This document shows positions 19,848 to 30,869 of a stretch of 64,000 nt of DNA, piece by piece; within the stretch, counting starts at the first letter, position 1; each line of letters begins with the position of its first letter. The notes beneath the pieces were generated by a model. The model did not search any database and was not told the origin of the DNA. It saw only the letters and a list, made by a program, of their open reading frames with translations. The stretch spans positions 1 through 64,000 of IMG/VR virus record IMGVR_UViG_3300031993_000037. One strand, written 5' to 3'. This DNA comes from a virus (taxonomy: Duplodnaviria; Caudoviricetes). Made by a program: the position numbers and the translations under genes.

Positions 19848-20195
19848 ATGGGTTTTGAACAGAACATGAAATCCGTTGCAAGAAAGCTCCTCACTAAATT
19901 TGGTAATCCAAAGAATTGTATTCTTTATCATGCAGAAGGTAAGAATATTACTACTTATAAAGGCGTTGGTGTAAAACTCGGATATAGTTCAGAAGCCATT
20001 GGAATGAATGCAAATACCATTAAAGCTGGTGATGCAAAAATTATCTGCATCTTCGATGTTATGCCAATTGAGAATACAGATGTAATCGAAATTGAAGGTG
20101 AAAAGTTTAATGTACTTGATTCTGGAGATACCAGTCCAAGTAATGTGACAAAAATAATATTCACCTGTCATTGTAGGAGAGGCGGAAATGGTTAA
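19848..20195 (+). CDS. Head closure protein
   Basis: Position; A..LL.KFG and IKAGD.K motifs. Confidence 0.7.
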   Translation: MGFEQNMKSVARKLLTKFGNPKNCILYHAEGKNITTYKGVGVKLGYSSEAIGMNANTIKAGDAKIICIFDVMPIENTDVIEIEGEKFNVLDSGDTSPSNVTKIIFTCHCRRGGNG

Positions 20196-21042
20196 AGTAA
20201 TTGTAAAAACTCCTACAAGAACTTGGACTCCAAGACAAGGTATTTTGTATGGAGAGATTTTTGAAAAACAAATAGAAAATAACGCCGCAATGGTAGCATT
20301 GAAAAACGTTGCAGAAATGAACAGCACTGGCTCAAATTACATATCTGTAATTGATCAGAGACTTTCTATATTTGCAACATTTTTCCAGAGAGTTGTAGCT
20401 CGAACTCCTCTTGATGAAAAGTATACATATTATGTTGAAAGCGAAAAAACTGGAAAGATGATTAAAAAGGTACATATTCCAGACAAAGGATACCATTCAC
20501 AGTGTAGATATGATTGGTTTATTACAGATGGAGAGGTAGAAGTAAGTGCACAGGATTTTCCAAAAAAGTACTTTGATGTGGTTAATGATAAAACTGCGAT
20601 TGAAGCTATTAAAAAGAAATTTAAAAGTACTTTTGCACCAAGACTCGCAAAGAAAAATGCAGAGATTGCATTAGAAACACTTGAAGGTTTGTATATCAAG
20701 AATAATAACCCACATTATCAGGTTCTTGAATTTGGTGGTGGATGGAACTGGAAAAATAAAAGTGAGATTAAAGAAGGAAAAAAGTACGAACACGGTGTTG
20801 AAAACGAACATTCTGTACAGGCCCCCGTAGGTATGTACCGTATTTCATTAATGGAGTTGCAAAGAGAGTCAGCCAGAAATGTAAAAACCAATTTGGCTAA
20901 AAGATATAAAGGTAATGGACTTACAAAGCGAACCAAATTAGCAAAAGTTCCAAGTGATAAGGACCTTGAAGATTTTTGGAAATTGATGAAAAAGAAGAAA
21001 ATCAGTTATGGCGATATTAAACGCTATATAGGAGAAAGGTAA
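20188..21042 (+). CDS. Neck/tail-completion protein (HK97 gp10-like)
   Basis: RTP.D, NN.PH..VLEFG and SVQAP.GM motifs. Confidence 0.7.
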   Translation: MVKVIVKTPTRTWTPRQGILYGEIFEKQIENNAAMVALKNVAEMNSTGSNYISVIDQRLSIFATFFQRVVARTPLDEKYTYYVESEKTGKMIKKVHIPDKGYHSQCRYDWFITDGEVEVSAQDFPKKYFDVVNDKTAIEAIKKKFKSTFAPRLAKKNAEIALETLEGLYIKNNNPHYQVLEFGGGWNWKNKSEIKEGKKYEHGVENEHSVQAPVGMYRISLMELQRESARNVKTNLAKRYKGNGLTKRTKLAKVPSDKDLEDFWKLMKKKKISYGDIKRYIGER

Positions 21043-21491
21043 TGGTTCAAAGTTATGTTAATGATGTATTAGTAGAACTCTTTGAATCAGCCACTCAAGA
21101 GGATGGAACTTCACTGTTTTTATCGGACAAGTCTGACATCAATTATGAGTTCGAAGCATTTAATAGACCTGCTAATGGATGTTGGTATGAGCTGCATTTT
21201 TTGCCAGCTCAACCTTTAATGGTGGAAATTGGTCGCTCTGCTATGAATGAGTGGAGTGGCGTATTTCAAATAAACATATGTGTTCTTAAGACTATAAGAA
21301 CAATAACACCCCAGTACGGGGTAAAAGATTATGTAGACAACGCTTATGCGAGCATTGCAGAAGTGATGAAACGCGGCGTTATCAAGGATAGAGTACACAT
21401 CACAGGAGTCGGTAAATCGTCTGCAATCGACAACGGAGATTACTACGCTATCCCGATATCAGTTTCGTGGTATGCGAACCTGGCAAACTAA
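21042..21491 (+). CDS. Tail terminator
   Basis: G.FQINI and PISVSW; precedes the tail tube gene. Confidence 0.7.
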   Translation: MVQSYVNDVLVELFESATQEDGTSLFLSDKSDINYEFEAFNRPANGCWYELHFLPAQPLMVEIGRSAMNEWSGVFQINICVLKTIRTITPQYGVKDYVDNAYASIAEVMKRGVIKDRVHITGVGKSSAIDNGDYYAIPISVSWYANLAN

Positions 21492-21505
21492 AATAGGAGA
21501 ATGAT

Positions 21506-23629
21506 ATGATTGATAAGGAAAACATACAGCACAATCTGAAAACTGGTGCTGACAGTGACATTATCTACACAAGAGAAGTTACTGACAAGAAATCAGTTAA
21601 TTTCAGCAAGCTGAAAACTCGTGACGGTCTGTATAAATTCCCTCTTCTTTCACGTTCTACTGGAAACAGCATTTCAGGTACAACTGAAACAATCGAGTCA
21701 AATGAGTTGCGTAAAGGACGTACTAAGTCGGCTCCTCGTAGAGGTAACTCTTCTGCAGAGGGTTCACACGACTTGGAACTTTCTCCAACAACTTTTGATG
21801 ATTTGCTTGAAGCTGCTCTCCGTAACAACTGGAAGAGATGGAGTTCTGATACTGACTCTGCAATCAATCTTGATCACACCGCTTTCAATCCTGGCTTCTT
21901 CTTGACTCGCTGTGTAGACCCAGAAGAGAAAGAGTATAATCACGATAAGAACTTCGGTGCCCGAAGACTTATCAACGATGGTGCTCTTGGACATGAAGAT
22001 GGTATGCTCAAAGTACCTGCTGGTTGTATTGTTCATGAATTGACTTGTGGTTCAGCCGACATCAAATATTCATTACTGAAGAAATTCGGTGGTGTTGATG
22101 GTGAAGACTTGTATCAGGAGTTCAAGCACATTGCAGTAAACACACTCTCACTTTCTGTACAGATTGGTGCCATCGTAACCGGTTCATTCGGTATGATGGG
22201 GAACAACAATCCAAAGATTATGACTGAGGACGTTGCTCGTGCTTACTTCGGAGGCGAGGATTCAGACAGATTTGAAGACGGCGTTACTACAGGAAACTCA
22301 TTCATTGAGAATCTTCCAGTGAAGTCAACAGACACAGACCAGTTCACATCTCGTGAAGGTGACTTGTGGATTAATGGTAAGAACATTACTTTTGCCACAA
22401 ACCTTACTCTTGAATTGAACAATGGTCTTGAAAAGAAATATGCAATCTTTGTAAAAGATGCTATTTCAACTCAGCCTTTGTCACTTGATGTTACAGGTGA
22501 TCTTACAACTTACCTCGTTGCAGGTGAGTCAGATGAGCTGTACAACTCAGGTATCGACGATGAGACAAATGAAATTATCTTCCAGTTCCAGAACAAGGAA
22601 GTGGACCCAGACTTCATTTACCTCTTCCAGATTTTCCAGACAAAGATTGGCGATCAGAATCTCCAGGCAAATGGAGCAGATACATTCGACCAGAGCGAAC
22701 CTTGGAATTCATTCGGAGAGCGAGCACTTCGTATCTTCCGTGTAGCTCTTCCAAAAGTTCGTGATATTGAATTTATCGCTGACACAACAACTTGGACAGA
22801 CCCAGGTGAATTGGTAGTTACTCCAAATGCTGCAGTTATTGATTCTGACATCACTGGAAAAATTACAATTCTTGATTCGTTGAAAGACGAAAACGGAAAT
22901 GTAATTGCAGAACAGACAATCAATACCGCAACAGTTGATGATTACGGTTTGATTCATGTTACTGAAGCTGCTTTCTCTACAGTAACAAATGGTGTTCTTC
23001 GTGAAATTGAAGTAACTCTCAACGGCGAAACAAAGAAGATGTCATTTGCATATACTGAATCAGAAGCTCCAGACCCTGTTACAAACGTTGCTATCACAGT
23101 CAAGGCTAAGAAAGCAACATTCACTTGGACAGACTCTGCATCTACAGATGCTGATCACGTTCTTGTTGATGTACAGGATAACACAGGTGCTTCAGTTATT
23201 TCTGCAAGTGTTCCACAGGGTGAACAGAGTTACACAGCAACTGGACTTTCAGTTGGTGCAACATACATTGTTGACCTCATTGCAGTTGATAAGAATGGTA
23301 ACAAGTCTACAAAGGTTTCAAAGACCTTCCAGACTTCAGATATCACTCTTGGTTCTGTTTCTAGTCTTGCTGCAACAGCAAGCGGACAGGTTATTACTGC
23401 TACTTGGACTGACCCAACATCAGACCTTGACGGTGTGCGTGTAAGCGTATACGACGGTGATACCCTGGTTGAGACAGACGATGTTGTTAAGGCAACTGAA
23501 ACCTTTACAACTACTGCACCTCTTACAGCAGATCATCAGTACAAGATTACTGCAGTGCCATACAAGACACTCACAGACGCAGTTCTTCTTGGAACATCTT
23601 CTTCTGTAAACTGCACAACAGAGGCTTAG
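21506..23629 (+). CDS. Major tail tube protein with C-terminal Fn3-like domains
   Basis: ESNELR..R and FDDLLEAAL motifs; two Fn3-like repeats (TWTD...Y.V...A.D). Confidence 0.85.
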   Translation: MIDKENIQHNLKTGADSDIIYTREVTDKKSVNFSKLKTRDGLYKFPLLSRSTGNSISGTTETIESNELRKGRTKSAPRRGNSSAEGSHDLELSPTTFDDLLEAALRNNWKRWSSDTDSAINLDHTAFNPGFFLTRCVDPEEKEYNHDKNFGARRLINDGALGHEDGMLKVPAGCIVHELTCGSADIKYSLLKKFGGVDGEDLYQEFKHIAVNTLSLSVQIGAIVTGSFGMMGNNNPKIMTEDVARAYFGGEDSDRFEDGVTTGNSFIENLPVKSTDTDQFTSREGDLWINGKNITFATNLTLELNNGLEKKYAIFVKDAISTQPLSLDVTGDLTTYLVAGESDELYNSGIDDETNEIIFQFQNKEVDPDFIYLFQIFQTKIGDQNLQANGADTFDQSEPWNSFGERALRIFRVALPKVRDIEFIADTTTWTDPGELVVTPNAAVIDSDITGKITILDSLKDENGNVIAEQTINTATVDDYGLIHVTEAAFSTVTNGVLREIEVTLNGETKKMSFAYTESEAPDPVTNVAITVKAKKATFTWTDSASTDADHVLVDVQDNTGASVISASVPQGEQSYTATGLSVGATYIVDLIAVDKNGNKSTKVSKTFQTSDITLGSVSSLAATASGQVITATWTDPTSDLDGVRVSVYDGDTLVETDDVVKATETFTTTAPLTADHQYKITAVPYKTLTDAVLLGTSSSVNCTTEA

Positions 23630-23659
23630 TTTAATCTAGGATTTTTCTGAGTCTAATAT

Positions 23660-23698
23660 ATAGTCAGTCGGACGTATGTCTGGCTGACTATTTTTTTA
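23660..23698 (+). terminator. Intrinsic terminator after tail tube gene
   Basis: ATAGTCAGTCGGAC/GTCTGGCTGACTAT followed by T7. Confidence 0.8.
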
Positions 23699-23711
23699 TG
23701 GAGACCATAGA

Positions 23712-24131
23712 ATGAAAAAAATTAACATCGAGGACTTCTTTACTGCAGATAACGAAGTTTCGGGAATCTGGTTTGAGCCAAGAATTAAGGGAACACCTTG
23801 TGGGCTTGAATTTCTTGTAACCGGTAAAGATACCGATGAAAACATCGCAGCTACAGAACGCTACGAGAAAAAAGTTGCTGAACTCGAGGATTTAAAAGAC
23901 CCAGTAGAGAAAGCAAAAAAAGGAAAGGAAATGGATGCAAAACGTGTTGCTGAGTTTGTAAAGAGCATGCGTGTTGTAGAAGGATATGAAGTAGATTTTG
24001 GTGGTAAAAAAATTGAATATACACCAGAACTCGTACAGCAGATTTTCCTTAAGTCACCTTTGATTAAAAACGAAGTTGTCAAATTTGTGATGGACACCGC
24101 AAATTTTATCAAAAGGGAGAAAAACGCTTAA
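23712..24131 (+). CDS. Tail assembly chaperone (G-like)
   Basis: Between tail tube and tape measure; slippery A-AAT-TTT at 24101-24107. Confidence 0.8.
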   Translation: MKKINIEDFFTADNEVSGIWFEPRIKGTPCGLEFLVTGKDTDENIAATERYEKKVAELEDLKDPVEKAKKGKEMDAKRVAEFVKSMRVVEGYEVDFGGKKIEYTPELVQQIFLKSPLIKNEVVKFVMDTANFIKREKNA

Positions 24132-24577
24132 AAGAAGCTGTTGAGCGTTATTTCTTCCTTTATCATTCACATCCGGTCACAAAGAAAGTTGTTGATAACG
24201 GGAAAAAGGTTGACAAGACTGAATATGTAAGGAACGTAGATGAACGAGAACATCTCATAGAGTTACGAAGTGGTCCAAAAAAAGACCGCAAAAGAGGAGA
24301 AAAGTTCTTTTTTGAACTGGGGGAAAAAGATGAGAAGTGGAAGAAACTTCGAGATGTTCCTATACCTCCTGAATACTCATGGATTTTTCGGCATTTTATG
24401 GAAATTTGGCGAGGTTGTGAATACGATTTCGGTGGTAACATAATTTTTACATTCAGAACAGTCAATGACTATGTAGAATGTATGAAAGTTCCTCTTACTG
24501 TAGAGGATAAAAAAATGCTGTTCAAAATGAAAGCCTGGGCAGTAAATACTATTTCAGAAATGAAAGAGAATAAATAG
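24101..24577 (+). CDS. -1 frameshift extension of tail chaperone (GT-like)
   Basis: The -1 frame is open for 158 codons from 24101 to TAG 24575-24577 (..RLKEAVERYF...IPPEYSWIFRHFMEIW...); not in ORF track. Confidence 0.8.
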   Translation, partial: KFYQKGEKRLKEAVERYFFLYHSHPVTKKVVDNGKKVDKTEYVRNVDEREHLIELRSGPKKDRKRGEKFFFELGEKDEKWKKLRDVPIPPEYSWIFRHFMEIWRGCEYDFGGNIIFTFRTVNDYVECMKVPLTVEDKKMLFKMKAWAVNTISEMKENK

Positions 24578-24585
24578 GAGAAGAT

Positions 24586-25011
24586 ATGATAAAGACAATA
24601 AATATTGAAGATTTTTATACAGAAGAAAATGAGAAAAAAGGAGTTTGGCATGAACCGGTGATTGACGGTGAACCATGCGGATTGGAGTTTTTACTTATTG
24701 GAATTCATACTGATGAAGCTGTAAAGAATATGGAATATTATGATGGTCTTGTCGATGAACTCCAGAATGATAAAGATATTTCAGAAGAAGAACGAGAGAA
24801 AAAACTTCAGGAAATCGATGCAGAACGAGTAGCTTCTTTAACAAAAGGGATGAGAGCCGCAAATGGAGCTGTTTTACAGAAAGACGGTAAGGATGTTGAA
24901 TTTTCAGAAGATTTAGTAAAAGAATTTTACTTAAATGCACCTTTTATAAAAATGAACAACATAGAATTTTCTTTAAAGACATCAAACTTTATGAAAAAGA
25001 AAACATCATAA
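24586..25011 (+). CDS. Second tail chaperone paralogue
   Basis: Shares INIEDF.T..NE..G.W.EP.I.G.PCGLEFL..G..TDE and DA.RVA with 23712. Confidence 0.75.
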   Translation: MIKTINIEDFYTEENEKKGVWHEPVIDGEPCGLEFLLIGIHTDEAVKNMEYYDGLVDELQNDKDISEEEREKKLQEIDAERVASLTKGMRAANGAVLQKDGKDVEFSEDLVKEFYLNAPFIKMNNIEFSLKTSNFMKKKTS

Positions 25012-25036
25012 TAAAAAAGAAAATAAAGTTCTGATA

Positions 25037-25064
25037 TAAACTCCGCTTCGTGAGGCGGAGTTTT
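25037..25064 (+). terminator. Terminator-like hairpin before tape measure gene
   Basis: AAACTCCGC-ttcgtgag-GCGGAGTTTT. Confidence 0.65.
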
Positions 25065-25081
25065 GTATACAGGAGGCATGT

Positions 25082-28000
25082 ATGAGCGACACAAACAATT
25101 CTCAGACAACAAAAATGATTAATCAGATTTACTTTGAACTTCATGGTGGTAATTATTTGAAGCAAGCTTCAAAAATGGTTACCGAAGATATGAAGGAGAT
25201 TAAGAAGTATGCTGATTTAGCAAACGAAAGTGCTGAAAAAGTAATAAAGAATTGGTCTACTCTTGCAAGAATGTCTCCACAGATGACAAATATTTCTTCT
25301 GCTATTTATTCAAAAAGAGAGAAAAAACAATACACAAATGTCTTTAGAACAATACATGCAAAAGAAACTGGATATTCATCAAATATTTCAGAGGGTACAA
25401 TAGATTATAAAGCTGCAAGGACGGCATGGAGGTCTATTGAGATCGAGAAGAAAAAGCAGCTTCAGTTAGAAGAACAGGTGACAAGAGATTATCAGAATAT
25501 TATGAAACTTGTCTCTGCTCGACGTGCGTATGAACAAAAAATAACAGAAAAATCTAAGTCTCGTGCAATGACTGAAAATCAGATTGCAAAAAATCAGAGA
25601 GCTATTGAGAGAAATGCAATAAATCAACAGAGAGCAAATACACTTCAAAAGGATTATGAAAGACGTAATAGAGTTGACAATGAAAACAGAGGTTATCGTC
25701 TTTATCGTTCACAGCATCCAGAATTATTTGCTACAGGCGGTTTATTACATAGTGTAAGATATCAGTCTGGACGTGCTTTAAGTTCGTTAGGATCAACAGC
25801 ATCATCATTTGGAACAGGTGGAAGATTATTGGGTATTGTTCTTGATTCATTGGGAACATTTGTAAAATCTCCAGTTGCAGGTGCTGCGGCTGCAGTTGCA
25901 AACCTTGTTAAAGGCATTTCTGATTTGGGAAAAGAAGCTGTTCAAGCCTATGCAGAGATTGAAGCAATAAAAACACAGTTAGGTGTCGTTTTCTCAAACC
26001 AAACTCAAGCAGATTCAATGTTTGGACAGATTTCTGAATATGCAGTTCATTCTCCATTTGGTGTTCAACAGACATCAGAGTTGGCTGTTCTCTTAAAGCA
26101 GTCTGGTGTTTACGCTTCTGATTTAATGGATACTCTTAAGATGCTTGGAGATACAGCCGGCGGTAATATGGAGAAGATGAAGCGTATTGCCAATAACTAT
26201 GCTCAGATTGTTTCCATTGGAAAAGCCTCTATGCTTGATATGCGTCAGTTTGCTTATGCAGGTATTCCGATCTTTGAGGCTGTATCTAAAGAACTTAAAG
26301 TTTCTCAGCAGGAACTTCGCAAGATGATTTCTGATGGAAAAGTAACTTCAGATATTATTGAAAAAGTTTTTAAGGACCTTACTGGTATTAATGGTATCTT
26401 TGAAAATGCAACAGAAAAAGGTGCAAAGACTCTTAAGGCAAGATTACAGAACTTGGCAGATGCAAAGCAACTTGCTTTTTCTGCTATAGGAGAAAGTATA
26501 ACAGGTATTGGTACTCAAACAGGAGGTGATTCCATTGCTAATACTCTTGTCACCTCTGCAGAAAATATATATCAGTGGTTACATGATAATGTAAGTACAA
26601 AAAATATTGAGGCAGATGTTCGTACTATTGCACAGAGAGAAAGTCGAATTACAGAATTGTCAGACCTTATGTCTCAGTTTAAAGATAATAAGATTATGGC
26701 AAGTATTGTTGGGCTTGCATACAGTTCTCAGACAGGTTTAAGAGATGTTGATATAGAACGAAATATCTACAACAAGTCTTATGAAGCTAAAATGAAAGGT
26801 CATAATGATGCTGTTGAGCGTTTTGGTATGACAGATTTAAAACAGGCACAAGAGCTTGAGGAAGCCGTAAGATTCTTTACAAGTGGTTGGAACCGTTTTA
26901 AGTATAATTTATCTCCAAATGCACTGGACGGCGGAACAGCAAATACTAATACAGATAAACAAGTTGTAGCAATGAGAGAAGTTGCAGAAAGATTTGGACT
27001 TGATTTAGATTTTCTTGTATCTACAACATCAAAAGAAACAGAGGCAATACTTGAAGCAATGACAGCGATGGTTGAGGCTTTAAGCGATGCTTCAAAGGTT
27101 ACAGAAGAAGAAACAATTGCTCATAGAGAGACCAATATCATTAATGCTCAGCAGTTACAGTATGATAGGTCTGCATCTGCAGCTGGAAAAGGAACTTCTT
27201 ATCAAAGTTCTTTTGAAGAGTTATACAGTCTTGCTACTAATAGCGATGAATATAAACAGAAACAAGAAGAAGAACATATAAAAACTTTAAAGGAAGCTAA
27301 AGAAGTATTAAAAGAATTACTGTCTTATGCAGATAAGAATGGTAATATTGATATTACAAAAATGTCTTATGACAAATTTGTAAAATATCTTGATGAAGAA
27401 AAGCGTGTTCTCGATGAAGGTGAAAAATTAACTGTAGTAAAAGGAAAATCTGATTTAAAAATGTCAGAAGACAGAAAGATTCTTTCTGAACAGTGGAGTA
27501 AAGTGTCTGATGACGTTGTAAATGAACTTAGTAAGATGGGAAGCTATCAGGCTGCATCTGAAATTGAAGCAATGATGAAGTCTTATGATCTCACCGGTGA
27601 CAACAAAAGCTTCTTTGAGAATTTTAATAAGATGCTTGAGTCTCAATTAGGATTGTTAGAAGAACTTGCAAATTCATCAAGTGGAACGAAACAGCAGGAA
27701 TATCAAAATATGTACAAAGCTATAATGGCTAGTACATTCAGATATAAGCAAGGGTCTGAGGGGTTAAATGGAAATCCTGAAGACATTGCTAAAGGCAGAT
27801 ATGATTTTGTTCCTCTTTGGAAACGTATACTTTCATCCTCTACCGGTCTTTCTACACAGGGAATGACAGGTACTTTGCAAACTCTTGGCAATTATCGTGA
27901 TGATATGGCTATTCGCAATATGGCTTCAAGTGTTCTTTCTGCAACCATGAAGTCTATGGGAATTGATTCAGCAATGAGTCTTGTAAAAACCGGTGGAGTC

Positions 28001-30046
28001 GCTAAACAACTTCGTGGTGACACTGGGGCTACATATCAAGTAGACTGGCAAGCAACTAAAAAAGCAATTAAAGATTTTGCTACTCAGTTATCAGCTTCAA
28101 CAGAAGTTATTACTGCTTATAAAAATGGACTTGAGCAGGAACTTGATGTTTATGAAAAACTTATTGCCGCAGGTTATACAGAGGCAGAATCTCAAGACCT
28201 TAAAAATCAGAAAACAGTAAGCACAAAGACTCTTGAAAAACTTTCTATGGATGCCGGTGATCAGTTGGTCAATGCATTTGGTGAGGGTCTTAGAACTGCA
28301 AGTGGTAAAACAGCATTCTTTAATGGTGCAGAGTTTGTTGATGAACAGGGTAACAAACTCCAGGAAGAAGAAATAATTCTTACTGGCAATCTTTATGAAT
28401 TTATTAAAGGTGAATTACCAAGACTTAGAGAAGAAATTCATGAAGCAACAGCAGCTGAGTTGAATAATAAATTATTAAATTCTTTGTATAATCAAATTGC
28501 ACCAAACGCATATATGCAACGTTATACGCAACTTAATGGATTTAATAGAAACGCTGCTTTAGCATTGCAAAACCCGGATTATGTACAAACATATCTAGAC
28601 TCACAATTAACACAGTTAAAAACTTCAAAAAGTTTTAGTTCCATTTCTTCTTCTAGTAATGAAGATATTCTTATTAGAAGCTTATTTGCTCAAGACAGAA
28701 TTAAACAGATTGAGCAAGAAATTGCTGACACAAAAGAAAGTATCAGGACAACACCTTCTGCAATAGACGATTATGACGAAAGAAAGTCTCGAATAAATCT
28801 TCTTAAAACAGAATTAGATGATTTGAAAATTTATGTCGATGCTGTAAATGAATCGTTTAAGGCAATGGACAATAATTTGAGTAAATTAACTTCAAATACT
28901 GATACGAATAGTATATTAAATTTAACTAATTCAACTCAAAGAGATTCTGCAGTTTTACAAGCTCTAAATCGCATTAGCGGAAATGAAACAAGACAACTTA
29001 CACCTGATATGTACGAAGGAACTCGTGGATTTAAGAACTGGTCTCTTAAGAACGTCTTCGATATTAATAAGCAATACGATATGGAAGACTTGTATGTAAA
29101 TGCAGCAAAATCTGGAATGACAAGCCTTTCAAAGGAAGATATAGCTGGTAAAACAGATGATGAAATACTTGAAATGCTTTCTGATGCTGATAAAGCTACT
29201 ATTGCATGGAAAGAAGACCTTAAAGCTGTAACAGATGAAATGAAAAATCTTGGTGCTACCGCTTTAAGTGCTGCTAAATCATTTACCGATGACTCGCTAA
29301 CAAAGACAACTGAAACTTTAGGGAAGAATCTTTTGAAAGCTGGTGATGCAACAGAGTTCTGGGATTTAACTACTCAAGACCTTCAGAATAACATGAAAGC
29401 ACTTGCAGCACAGCAGTTGCAGAATGTTGGTACTGCAATGGCAGAGGCAGGTTTCAAGCTTGTTGCTATGGGTGCTGAACAGGAGAACTGGGGTCTTATT
29501 GGTGCCGGTCTTGCACTCGCCGCTGCCGGTGGTTTTGCCCAAGGTCTTGGTGGTGCTCTTGCTGAAGAAGATAATCAGAAAGACAAGACTAATAAAGAGT
29601 CTGAGAAATTGGAAAGTCTTAAATCTGACCTCCAGAAACTTCTTGAGCAGGCTCGTACTGATGCTCTTTATTACGAAAACAACCTTAGACACCAGACTGC
29701 ACTTGGAACAAACAAAGCGTTTGCATATAAGTCTGTACATGATGCTATTCTTACTCCAAAAGGAGATGTAGTTACTACAGACCCTAAAGATTATTTGATT
29801 GCTACAAAAACACCTCAGCAGTTAGTAGGCGGTGGAAACGTTACTGTTCAGCCTGTAATTAATTGCAATGTTGTAAACAATACAAATGCAAAAGTATCTC
29901 AACAGCAGCAGATTAACGCAGATGGCTCAATTGATATCATAACAATGATCGAAGAGGTTGCCGGTGGATACATTGCTTCTTCAAGAAGTGATGATGCATT
30001 TGCTTCAAGAGATTTCCGCATGAGTGGTAAACAAGCAATAATGTAG
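25082..30046 (+). CDS. Tape measure protein
   Basis: 1654 aa helical; tape-measure domain (SPF...LKMLGD.AGG...GKA...RQF..AGIPI...GKVT). Confidence 0.95.
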   Translation: MSDTNNSQTTKMINQIYFELHGGNYLKQASKMVTEDMKEIKKYADLANESAEKVIKNWSTLARMSPQMTNISSAIYSKREKKQYTNVFRTIHAKETGYSSNISEGTIDYKAARTAWRSIEIEKKKQLQLEEQVTRDYQNIMKLVSARRAYEQKITEKSKSRAMTENQIAKNQRAIERNAINQQRANTLQKDYERRNRVDNENRGYRLYRSQHPELFATGGLLHSVRYQSGRALSSLGSTASSFGTGGRLLGIVLDSLGTFVKSPVAGAAAAVANLVKGISDLGKEAVQAYAEIEAIKTQLGVVFSNQTQADSMFGQISEYAVHSPFGVQQTSELAVLLKQSGVYASDLMDTLKMLGDTAGGNMEKMKRIANNYAQIVSIGKASMLDMRQFAYAGIPIFEAVSKELKVSQQELRKMISDGKVTSDIIEKVFKDLTGINGIFENATEKGAKTLKARLQNLADAKQLAFSAIGESITGIGTQTGGDSIANTLVTSAENIYQWLHDNVSTKNIEADVRTIAQRESRITELSDLMSQFKDNKIMASIVGLAYSSQTGLRDVDIERNIYNKSYEAKMKGHNDAVERFGMTDLKQAQELEEAVRFFTSGWNRFKYNLSPNALDGGTANTNTDKQVVAMREVAERFGLDLDFLVSTTSKETEAILEAMTAMVEALSDASKVTEEETIAHRETNIINAQQLQYDRSASAAGKGTSYQSSFEELYSLATNSDEYKQKQEEEHIKTLKEAKEVLKELLSYADKNGNIDITKMSYDKFVKYLDEEKRVLDEGEKLTVVKGKSDLKMSEDRKILSEQWSKVSDDVVNELSKMGSYQAASEIEAMMKSYDLTGDNKSFFENFNKMLESQLGLLEELANSSSGTKQQEYQNMYKAIMASTFRYKQGSEGLNGNPEDIAKGRYDFVPLWKRILSSSTGLSTQGMTGTLQTLGNYRDDMAIRNMASSVLSATMKSMGIDSAMSLVKTGGVAKQLRGDTGATYQVDWQATKKAIKDFATQLSASTEVITAYKNGLEQELDVYEKLIAAGYTEAESQDLKNQKTVSTKTLEKLSMDAGDQLVNAFGEGLRTASGKTAFFNGAEFVDEQGNKLQEEEIILTGNLYEFIKGELPRLREEIHEATAAELNNKLLNSLYNQIAPNAYMQRYTQLNGFNRNAALALQNPDYVQTYLDSQLTQLKTSKSFSSISSSSNEDILIRSLFAQDRIKQIEQEIADTKESIRTTPSAIDDYDERKSRINLLKTELDDLKIYVDAVNESFKAMDNNLSKLTSNTDTNSILNLTNSTQRDSAVLQALNRISGNETRQLTPDMYEGTRGFKNWSLKNVFDINKQYDMEDLYVNAAKSGMTSLSKEDIAGKTDDEILEMLSDADKATIAWKEDLKAVTDEMKNLGATALSAAKSFTDDSLTKTTETLGKNLLKAGDATEFWDLTTQDLQNNMKALAAQQLQNVGTAMAEAGFKLVAMGAEQENWGLIGAGLALAAAGGFAQGLGGALAEEDNQKDKTNKESEKLESLKSDLQKLLEQARTDALYYENNLRHQTALGTNKAFAYKSVHDAILTPKGDVVTTDPKDYLIATKTPQQLVGGGNVTVQPVINCNVVNNTNAKVSQQQQINADGSIDIITMIEEVAGGYIASSRSDDAFASRDFRMSGKQAIM

Positions 30047-30086
30047 GTCTTTTAATCTTAAGTTTTTATTGCTGTATCTTCTTGGT

Positions 30087-30860
30087 ATGGCAGTACAAAC
30101 TTATATCGGTTGGGCTACTGGCGTAAACCGAACCATACTTGATTCAACCTCATTTACTTTTGGAGAAGATGCTCTTAAGAATGACGAACTTGAGAATGGT
30201 CTCAAACGTTCAAGAAAAAGAGGTGCTTTCTGTCCAGATAAATATCCAGTCAAAATGGTTTTTGATTGGGTTAATGAAGTTGTTCTTCATAGATATGATG
30301 CTCACGGTCAGATAATTCCTGGTCAGGATATACATACAGGAAAAACTGAGTTCCAGTTATTTACAGAATGGTATAAGTATAAACATAAGTATGGTTCAGT
30401 TCCATTTGAATTCCCTCGTCTTCTTTATTCTCAGAACACAGGTATTGTAATTGTAGATGAACAGGCAAACAATACTACAGTTGAATATTATAAAATCACT
30501 TCTGCAGTAAACGGAAGCAAAAGTGGTGAATGTATTGAAGTAGATATGACATGGGAGTCTGTTTATGGTGGGGTAGTTGAAATTGAACAGACCTTACCCG
30601 AAATTGCCGGTCTTGTCGCAACTCCAACGTATTGTGATGTAATGTTTGTTGAAGTAAGTGACACGGCTCCAGTTGCACAGATGTTTACTTTGTATATTGA
30701 TAACGTTCAGACAGAAATGACTGGATTCTGTTATGACGGCAGCAAAACTGCAAGAATTTATTATCCAGAAGTTGAGACTGGTCACAACACACCAATAACA
30801 TTTGCATTAGATTACGCCGGATTAATTGTTCCTGAAGGAACTTATACTGCGTATCTGTAG
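30087..30860 (+). CDS. Distal tail/minor tail protein
   Basis: Follows TMP; F.EWY...KYGSVPFEFP; ATG 30087 lies 7 nt after a late-promoter -10. Confidence 0.7.
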   Translation: MAVQTYIGWATGVNRTILDSTSFTFGEDALKNDELENGLKRSRKRGAFCPDKYPVKMVFDWVNEVVLHRYDAHGQIIPGQDIHTGKTEFQLFTEWYKYKHKYGSVPFEFPRLLYSQNTGIVIVDEQANNTTVEYYKITSAVNGSKSGECIEVDMTWESVYGGVVEIEQTLPEIAGLVATPTYCDVMFVEVSDTAPVAQMFTLYIDNVQTEMTGFCYDGSKTARIYYPEVETGHNTPITFALDYAGLIVPEGTYTAYL

Positions 30861-30869
30861 GAGTAGAAA

